Assembly: GCA_963724765.1 (NCBI GenBank)
Contig: CAVRVY010000003.1
Span: 1,472,001 to 1,536,000 of the forward strand
Source: an uncultured delta proteobacterium
Lineage (GTDB): Bacteria > Desulfobacterota > Binatia > Binatales > Binataceae
Reading direction: 5' to 3'
DNA: 64,000 bases
In this document: one piece after another, positions 57,272-64,000 of the stretch
Layout: the number at the start of each line of letters is the position of its first letter
Position numbering within the stretch: the first letter of the stretch is position 1
Notes under the pieces: generated by a model
The model's input: only the letters and a program-made list of their open reading frames with translations
What the model was told of the DNA's origin: nothing
The model's database searches: none
Made by a program: the position numbers and the translations under genes

Positions 57272-58081
57272 ATGAGCGAATCCACGGCAGCAGTAACGGG
57301 CGCGACTTTGCCGGCCGAACGGCCGGTGCGCATCACCGTGCGCGACCTGACGATGGCGTTTGGCAGCTTCGTCGTGATGCGGGACCTGAACTTCACGGTT
57401 CGCCGCGGCGACGTCTTTATCATCATGGGCGGCAGCGGATGCGGCAAGAGTACGCTGCTGCGCCACATGATCGGATTGCTCGAACCCGCGGCCGGCGAGA
57501 TTTGCTACGGCGATTTCAACTTTACCAAGGCCGGCCCGCAGGAGCGCGAGCGGATGCTGCGCCGGTTCGGCGTGCTCTACCAGACGGGCGCGCTGTGGGG
57601 CTCGATGACGCTGGCGGAAAACGTCGGTCTGCCATTGGAGGAATTCACCGATCTGTCGGGGCGGGAGATCCGCCAGATCGCGGCGCTCAAGCTTGCGCTG
57701 GTCGGGCTCAAGGGCTTCGAGGATTTCTACCCGAACCAGATAAGCGGCGGGATGCAGAAGCGGGCCGGGCTCGCGCGCGCGATGGCGCTCGATCCGGAGA
57801 TCCTGTTCTGCGACGAGCCGTCGTCGGGATTGGATCCGCTGAGCTCGCGCCTGCTCGACAACCTGATTCTCGACCTGCGCGACAATCTCGGCGCGACCGT
57901 GGTGGTGGTCTCGCACGAGCTGGCGAGCATCTTCGCGATTGGCGACAACAGCATCTTCATGGACGGGGAATCGCGAACCATGATTGCGAGCGGAGACCCC
58001 AAGGAGCTGCTGGCGCACTGCGCCGATCCGCGCGTGCATCGCTTCCTGACCCGCGACGAGGAACAACGCCGGACGGCGTAA
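57272..58081 (+). CDS. mlaF: MlaF-family ABC ATPase
   Basis: GGSGCGKST, ISGGMQKRAGLARA, DEPSSGLDP. Confidence 0.92.
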   Translation: MSESTAAVTGATLPAERPVRITVRDLTMAFGSFVVMRDLNFTVRRGDVFIIMGGSGCGKSTLLRHMIGLLEPAAGEICYGDFNFTKAGPQERERMLRRFGVLYQTGALWGSMTLAENVGLPLEEFTDLSGREIRQIAALKLALVGLKGFEDFYPNQISGGMQKRAGLARAMALDPEILFCDEPSSGLDPLSSRLLDNLILDLRDNLGATVVVVSHELASIFAIGDNSIFMDGESRTMIASGDPKELLAHCADPRVHRFLTRDEEQRRTA

Positions 58082-58086
58082 CGACG

Positions 58087-59070
58087 ATGGGAAAAAAAAT
58101 CAGCCCGACGCTGGTTGGAACCTTCGTGCTGGGCGCGCTCACCCTGGCGATCGCCGCCGTCATAATCCTCGGCTCCGGCCGCCTCTTCACGCACCAACAT
58201 CTGTTCGTGCTGTACTTCGCCAGCGACGTGAACGGTCTCAAGGTGGGTGCGCCGGTGAAGTTCCGTGGCGTGGAGATCGGTTCGGTTACCGCCATCCTGT
58301 TGAGTGTTGGGACCCCTCGTCAAAACGAGAACGCCGAGAACGCGGCCGATCAGTTCCGAATTCCGGTCATCATCGACCTCGAGACCGAAAAGCTAATCAA
58401 GCGCGGCGTGACCGCGAACCTGGACCAGCCGGATAGGGTCGCACAGGCAGTCAAAAGAGGCCTGCGCGCGCAGCTCAACGTGGAAAGCCTGGTAACCGGG
58501 CTGCTTTACGTCGACCTCGACTTTCGCCCCGACATGCCGGCGACATACTATATGGGCGCCGATTCGCCTTACCCTGAGATTCCGACCGCTCCAACCAAGC
58601 TCGAGCAGGCGGCGACCACACTTTCGAAGATGATGACCCAGCTCGAGAAGATTAATTTCGACGAGCTGATCAGATCGCTGACCAACACCGCGATCGCAAT
58701 AACCGCCCTGGCGAATTCGCCGAAGATCCAGACCGCGGTGAATTCGCTGAACCTCGCCGCGCGCAGCATGGGACAGGCCTCCGCCAGCGTGAATCGCCTG
58801 GCCGCCAGCCTCGATCGTGAGATCGGGCCAATGGGCGACGCCCTGCGCCTCACCACCGAACAAACCCGCGCCACGCTCAAGCAAACCCAGGAGACGCTGG
58901 CCGCCGTTCAAATGACGCTCGGGCCGAATGCGCCGCTCAACTATGAACTCGCGCAGACGCTGGAGCAGACCTCCTCGGCCGCGCGCTCGCTGCGCGAACT
59001 TTCCGACTACCTGCGGCGCAACCCCAGCTCGGTAGTGCGCGGGCGTTACACATCGGATCAGGGCAAGTGA
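58087..59070 (+). CDS. mlaD: MCE/MlaD (PqiB-like) protein
   Basis: GLKVGAPVKFRGVEIGSV, GLRAQL, SLVTGLLYV, helical C-terminus. Confidence 0.9.
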   Translation: MGKKISPTLVGTFVLGALTLAIAAVIILGSGRLFTHQHLFVLYFASDVNGLKVGAPVKFRGVEIGSVTAILLSVGTPRQNENAENAADQFRIPVIIDLETEKLIKRGVTANLDQPDRVAQAVKRGLRAQLNVESLVTGLLYVDLDFRPDMPATYYMGADSPYPEIPTAPTKLEQAATTLSKMMTQLEKINFDELIRSLTNTAIAITALANSPKIQTAVNSLNLAARSMGQASASVNRLAASLDREIGPMGDALRLTTEQTRATLKQTQETLAAVQMTLGPNAPLNYELAQTLEQTSSAARSLRELSDYLRRNPSSVVRGRYTSDQGK

Positions 59071-59717
59071 TGCGCCGGCCTCCGTCAGCGACCGTCGCGG
59101 CGGCTATCCTAGGGGCGTTGGCCGGCTTGTTGGTCGCTGGCGGATGCTTTTCGCCGCGGCCGGATTCGTCGAAGTTCTTCGTGCTCGCACCGGTCGGAGC
59201 GGCGGCGGCCAATTCGATGGCGCCTGCCGGACTGGCCGCTTCCTCCGGTTCGACGGTTGGGATTGGCCCGATCAAGCTGCCCGAATATCTCGACCGCGAC
59301 GAGGTGGTGACGCGGGTGGGGCCGAACCGGCTCAAACTGTCCGACAAGGATCAGTGGGCCGAACCGCTCGACAACAATTTCAAGCAGGTTTTCGCGCAAG
59401 ACCTGACGCAGTCGCTGGGTACTCATTCGATCACCTTTTACCCGTGGCCCGGAACCACCCGCGTTGCTTACCAGGTACGCATCGACGTCTATCGCTTCGA
59501 GACCGATCTCAGCGCTAATGCCCAACTCGTCGCGCACTGGCAGGTGCTCGACGGATCCGGCAAGCTGCTGTACGCCAGCGATTCCAACCTTAGCGAGCAG
59601 ACCCAGCCGGGCGAGTCGGTCGCGGCCGCTCTGAGCCGGACCGTGGATGGCCTTGCGCGTCAGATCGCGTCCGCGATTCAGTCGCTACCAAACCCCAGAC
59701 AAGCTGGGCAAGTGTAA
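59070..59717 (+). CDS. PqiC-like auxiliary lipoprotein
   Basis: Lipobox VAGGC, GPIKLPEYLDR, QWAEPL. Confidence 0.88.
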   Translation: MRRPPSATVAAAILGALAGLLVAGGCFSPRPDSSKFFVLAPVGAAAANSMAPAGLAASSGSTVGIGPIKLPEYLDRDEVVTRVGPNRLKLSDKDQWAEPLDNNFKQVFAQDLTQSLGTHSITFYPWPGTTRVAYQVRIDVYRFETDLSANAQLVAHWQVLDGSGKLLYASDSNLSEQTQPGESVAAALSRTVDGLARQIASAIQSLPNPRQAGQV

Positions 59718-59885
59718 CCTGGGACACACGATTACGCGGCGCAGGTGACTTGCCTCCGAACTCGCGTTGATGGAGTATCATCATCTGAGTTCGGCTTCCT
59801 TCAGATTTTCAATAGATTTGCTTGCTAAAACGGTTTAATCTGCCCGCAAAACCCGAAAACGGGGTCACTTCGGACAGATAAAGCA

Positions 59886-61673
59886 TTGGGTTGGGATATT
59901 TTGCACAACACGACGACCGCAGGAAGAAAGAACTTTCTGGTCGAGCTGATCAAGCCTTCGCACTACGACGACCAGGGCTACATAATTCAATGGTGGCGCG
60001 GCTTCATCCCGTCGAACTCACTTTCATGCCTGTACGGGCTCGCGCTCGACGTGAGTGAGCGGCGGGCGCTGGGCGGCGATGTCGAAATCGATATCGAGGT
60101 CCGCGACGAGACCAACGTCTTCATCCCGATAAAGAAGATTATCCAGCGCTTCGCGGAGAATGGGAACTGCGGACTCGTATGCCTGGTCGGAGTGCAGACC
60201 AACCAGTTCGCGCGCGCGGTCGATATCGCGCGTGAGTTGCGCGCGGCGGGAATCCAGGTCGCGATCGGCGGCTTTCATGTGAGCGGTTGCCTTGCGATGC
60301 TTCCCGAGTTGACACCCGAACTCAAGGAAGCGCAGGCGCTCGGCATTACGCTCTTCGCGGGCGAGGCCGAGGGGCGGCTGGAGGAGATTTTCCGCGCCGC
60401 CTACGAGCATCGTCTTGCGCCGCTATACAATTTCATGAAAGACATGCCGGACCTCGAGAATCGGCCCCTGCCGTTCCTGCCGGAGCGCTACGTTGCGCGC
60501 TATGCGGGAAAGCTTGGATGTTTCGACGCCGGGCGCGGCTGCCCTTATGCCTGCAGCTTCTGCAGCATCATCAATGTGCAGGGTCGCAAATCCCGCTACC
60601 GGACCGCCGATGACATCGAGCGCATGATTCGCGCCGGTTATGCGCAGGGAGTGCGCAGCTATTTCATTACCGACGACGATTTCGCCCGCAACAGGAACTG
60701 GGAAGCCATCCTCGATCGCATCATCGAGCTCAGGGAAAAAGACGGCTTCAAGATCAACATCATCATGCAGGTCGATACGGTCAGCTATAAAATTCCCAAT
60801 TTCGTGAAGAAAGCGGCGGCCGCGGGTTGCCGCAAAGTTTTCATCGGGCTGGAGAATATCAATCCCGACAGCCTCAAGGGCGCTTCAAAAGGCCAGAACC
60901 ACATCAGCGAATACCGCACCATGTTGCAGGCCTGGCGCAATGTCAGGGTGCTCACCTACGCAGGCTATATTCTCGGCTTCCCGGCCGACACGCCCGAGAG
61001 CATCGCGCGCGACATCGGCATCATCCAGCGCGAATTGCCGATCGACATCATGGAATTCTTCATGCTCACCCCGGGGCCCGGCTCCCAGGATCACCAGGAG
61101 TTGTACCTTAAAGGCGTCGCGATGTCCGCTGATACCAACCAATATGATTCCGAGCACGCGGTGACGGCGCATGCGCGGATGACGGCCGAGGAGTGGGAGG
61201 GTATCTACAAAAAAGCCTGGCATCTCTACTATTCGCCCCAGCACGTTGAAACCCTGCTCAGGCGCGCCGCGGCAACCAAGCTCAACACCGGCCGTGTCGC
61301 CTCGATGATCTTTTATTTCTACGCGAGCCACGCCTTCGAGGGCGTGCATCCACTGCAGTCCGGAGTGTTCCGGCGCAAACGCCGCTCGCAGCGCCGTCCG
61401 GGCCTTCCTCGTGAAAGCGCGATGATTTTTTATCCGCGGCGAATCGTCGAGATTTTCGGCACCTACATTCCGGCGCTATCGTACCTGGCCCGGCTGGAAC
61501 TGCTGCGCTGGCGAATCCGGCGCGATCCCGAGGCGAAGAACTATAGCGACATCGCGATCTCGCCGGCCGCGCAGGATGACAATAACCTTTTTGAGTTGTA
61601 TCGCCGTCCCGACGCAGGGCAAGCGCCCGGCAACGCCGCCCGAAATCCGCTACCGGAATCCGCTGCTCTCTGA
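59886..61673 (+). CDS. Radical SAM protein with B12-binding-like N-terminal domain
   Basis: GRGCPYACSFC, IGGFHVSG, FITDDDF, FIGLE, YILGFP. Confidence 0.88.
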   Translation: MGWDILHNTTTAGRKNFLVELIKPSHYDDQGYIIQWWRGFIPSNSLSCLYGLALDVSERRALGGDVEIDIEVRDETNVFIPIKKIIQRFAENGNCGLVCLVGVQTNQFARAVDIARELRAAGIQVAIGGFHVSGCLAMLPELTPELKEAQALGITLFAGEAEGRLEEIFRAAYEHRLAPLYNFMKDMPDLENRPLPFLPERYVARYAGKLGCFDAGRGCPYACSFCSIINVQGRKSRYRTADDIERMIRAGYAQGVRSYFITDDDFARNRNWEAILDRIIELREKDGFKINIIMQVDTVSYKIPNFVKKAAAAGCRKVFIGLENINPDSLKGASKGQNHISEYRTMLQAWRNVRVLTYAGYILGFPADTPESIARDIGIIQRELPIDIMEFFMLTPGPGSQDHQELYLKGVAMSADTNQYDSEHAVTAHARMTAEEWEGIYKKAWHLYYSPQHVETLLRRAAATKLNTGRVASMIFYFYASHAFEGVHPLQSGVFRRKRRSQRRPGLPRESAMIFYPRRIVEIFGTYIPALSYLARLELLRWRIRRDPEAKNYSDIAISPAAQDDNNLFELYRRPDAGQAPGNAARNPLPESAAL

Positions 61674-61774
61674 TAAGAGGCAACTGCAAGATATCCGGGA
61701 CGGTCCCGGCTAAGGTTTCGGTGGAAGCCAAACGTTGCGACCGCTGACCGCACAACATTGGGGGTCGATACATC

Positions 61775-64000
61775 ATGGCGACCGAGCAAGCGCACCCAAC
61801 CGCCCGCGCGGCGTCGGGCAATGAGCATGACTCCGAGCCCGCGATGGGCAGCCGCATCCCCGCGCTCAACAGCAGAGCCCTGGTTGCCGGACGCGGAACT
61901 TATGTCGGTGACGTCACGCTTCCCGGCATGCTGCACATGGCGCTCGTGCGCAGCATGTACGCTCACGCGCTGGTCAAGTCGATCGATATAAGCGCCGCTC
62001 AGGCCCTGCCCGCAGTGGTCTGCGTGGTGACCGGCGATGAGATCCGCCGCAACACCAAGCCGATTCCTCAGCCCTACAACAAAGCGGGAATTGGAGTGCA
62101 TGCCTACGACTGGTATGCGCTCGCCCACGACAAGGTGCGCTACGTGGGCGAGGCCGTGGCCGTGGTGGTAGCGGAGGACAAGTACACCGCGCGCAAGGCT
62201 GCGGAAATGGTCGAAGTCGAGTACGAGGAGTTGCCCGTGGTCGCCGACGCCGAGCGCGGGATGGCTCCTGGAGCGCCACTGGTCGAACCTTCGTGGGGTA
62301 CCAACCTGGTGATGGAGCGGACCACCGAGACCGGCGATGTCGCGGGCGCCTTCGCCGCCGCCGACGGTGTGATCAAAGGATGCCTTTCGACGCAGCGCTA
62401 CTCGGCCTCGCCGATGGAGCCACGCGGATACGCCGCCAGCTACGACACCTTCCGCGACCAGCTCACGGTGTGGGCCTCGACGCAGTGTCCGCATCCGTTG
62501 CGCACTTACATCGCGCACATCATCGGCATGGATGAAAACCGCGTGCGCGTGATACAGCCCAACGTGGGCGGCGCTTTCGGCTCCAAAATTCCCACTTACC
62601 AGGAAGAGCCGCTCACCGCTTATCTAGCGCGCAAGCTGGGGCGGCCGGTGAAATGGATCGAGGAGCGCAGCGAAAATCTGCTGACCGGCGGCCACGCTCG
62701 GGAGCAGAAGGTGCATTTCGAGGCCGCGTACAAGCGCGACGGCCAGGTCACCGGGCTCAAGGCCAAGATCGTCGCCGACGTCGGCGCGCCCTCCGCGCTC
62801 GCGGGATGGGAGATGAGTCTCGTCACCACTTTTTGCCTCCCTACCGTCTACAAGGTTCCCAACTGCCGCGTCGAGCTGTATCCAGTTGCGACCAACAAGT
62901 GTCCATGGAATGCGTACCGCGGCTTCGGCAAAGAGACCGCGTCATTCCTGATGGACCGGATCATGGACGGGGTCGCGCAAGCGACCGGAATCGATCGGGC
63001 GGCGGTGCGAATGCGCAATTACATCCAGCCGCACGAGTTTCCCTATCAACAGGTGAGCGGGGTGATTCTCGATAGCGGCAATTATCCGGGCGCTCTGAGC
63101 AAGCTGCTCGACCTCGTCGGCTACGCGGACTTTCCCAAACTGCAGGCCGAGGCGCGCCGCGAGGGCCGCCGCATCGGCCTGGGACTTGGCCAGGAACTGG
63201 TCGCCGAGGGCTGCTCGCTTCCGACCTCGCTGCTCGTCGCGGGCTACGACGGCGCCACCGTGCGAGTCAACCCCTCGGGCCAGGTGACGGTGCTGACGGG
63301 AGTAACTTCCCCTGGCAGCGGCAATGAAACCGCGATCGCGCAGGTGGCCGCGGACACGCTGGGCGTGGACGTAAACACGGTGCGCGTGATCCAGGGCGAC
63401 ACTGAGACTTGTCCCTGGGGGCTGGGCAACTACAGCTCACGCGCGGTCATCATGGGCGGCTCCGCCACTTTCGTGGCGGCTGGCGATATCAGACAAAAAA
63501 TTCTCAAGGTTGCGGGCCATATGCTCGAAGTTCTGCCCGCCGACCTGGAATGCCGCGGCGGCAAAATTTTTCCCAAGGACACGCCCGCGCGTTACGTCGC
63601 CTTCAACGAGGTTGTCCACACCATCTACAACGACACCTTCGGGATTCACGCCAAGGAGATCGAACCGGGGCTCGAGGCGACGCGTTACTTCCGTCATCCC
63701 AACATCTACCAGGAGGGCGATCCCGAGGGCCGTTCTTCGGCTTATCCTTCGTGGCCCAATGCGGTGGTCGGCGCGATCGTCGAGGTCGATCCTGCCACCG
63801 GCGGCCTCAAACTCCTGCGCGTCTGTATGGTTCACGACAGCGGCGTCGTGGTTAACCCTATGCTGGCCGAGGGCAACGTCCACGGGGGCATCGCGCAAGG
63901 CATCGGCGGAGCGATTTACGAGCATCTGGTCTACGACGAGAACGGCCAGTTCAAGACCGGCACCTTCATGGATTACACGCTGCCCACTGCGGTCGAAGTT
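61775..64000 (+). CDS. Xanthine dehydrogenase/CoxL-family molybdopterin-binding subunit (runs off window end)
   Basis: Read by hand from ATG 61775: GRGTYVGDV, VRSMYAHA, VGGAFGSK, NAYRGFGKE, GNYSSR, HGGIAQGIG. Confidence 0.9.
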   Translation, partial: MATEQAHPTARAASGNEHDSEPAMGSRIPALNSRALVAGRGTYVGDVTLPGMLHMALVRSMYAHALVKSIDISAAQALPAVVCVVTGDEIRRNTKPIPQPYNKAGIGVHAYDWYALAHDKVRYVGEAVAVVVAEDKYTARKAAEMVEVEYEELPVVADAERGMAPGAPLVEPSWGTNLVMERTTETGDVAGAFAAADGVIKGCLSTQRYSASPMEPRGYAASYDTFRDQLTVWASTQCPHPLRTYIAHIIGMDENRVRVIQPNVGGAFGSKIPTYQEEPLTAYLARKLGRPVKWIEERSENLLTGGHAREQKVHFEAAYKRDGQVTGLKAKIVADVGAPSALAGWEMSLVTTFCLPTVYKVPNCRVELYPVATNKCPWNAYRGFGKETASFLMDRIMDGVAQATGIDRAAVRMRNYIQPHEFPYQQVSGVILDSGNYPGALSKLLDLVGYADFPKLQAEARREGRRIGLGLGQELVAEGCSLPTSLLVAGYDGATVRVNPSGQVTVLTGVTSPGSGNETAIAQVAADTLGVDVNTVRVIQGDTETCPWGLGNYSSRAVIMGGSATFVAAGDIRQKILKVAGHMLEVLPADLECRGGKIFPKDTPARYVAFNEVVHTIYNDTFGIHAKEIEPGLEATRYFRHPNIYQEGDPEGRSSAYPSWPNAVVGAIVEVDPATGGLKLLRVCMVHDSGVVVNPMLAEGNVHGGIAQGIGGAIYEHLVYDENGQFKTGTFMDYTLPTAVEV

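Overview
High-GC bacterial chromosome segment; gene style and content resemble Candidatus Binatota or other deltaproteobacteria-like soil lineages (inference only). Core genes: addBA, sodB, recR-ybaB-dnaX with SRP RNA, tatA, thrS-infC-rpmI-rplT-pheST-ihfA-merR, tRNA-Val(GAC), CCA enzyme and an Mla/Pqi-type transporter. Accessory blocks: organosulfur monooxygenases with an Rrf2 regulator, hicBA, a globin-like sensor kinase/NtrC pair facing a glycosidase-like/GT2 fusion gene, a cobalt nitrile hydratase, a MetE-like/MaoC/mesaconyl-CoA transferase cluster, a frameshifted TPP enzyme, a radical SAM protein and a truncated molybdoenzyme subunit. No CRISPR array, prophage or transposase was seen. Best novelty candidates: (1) a nitrile hydratase beta subunit with a histone-H1-like tail, next to the MetE-like/Mct cluster; (2) short tandem duplications at gene junctions that create chains of stop/start-overlapping mini-ORFs; (3) a putative sigma54 circuit from the globin-like kinase to the GT2 fusion; (4) an IscR/CymR hybrid regulator with two abutting operators; (5) a GGCT-fold gene coupled to PTPS-III; (6) an intermediate-length SRP RNA. 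All product calls come from motif recognition by eye, with no database searches.
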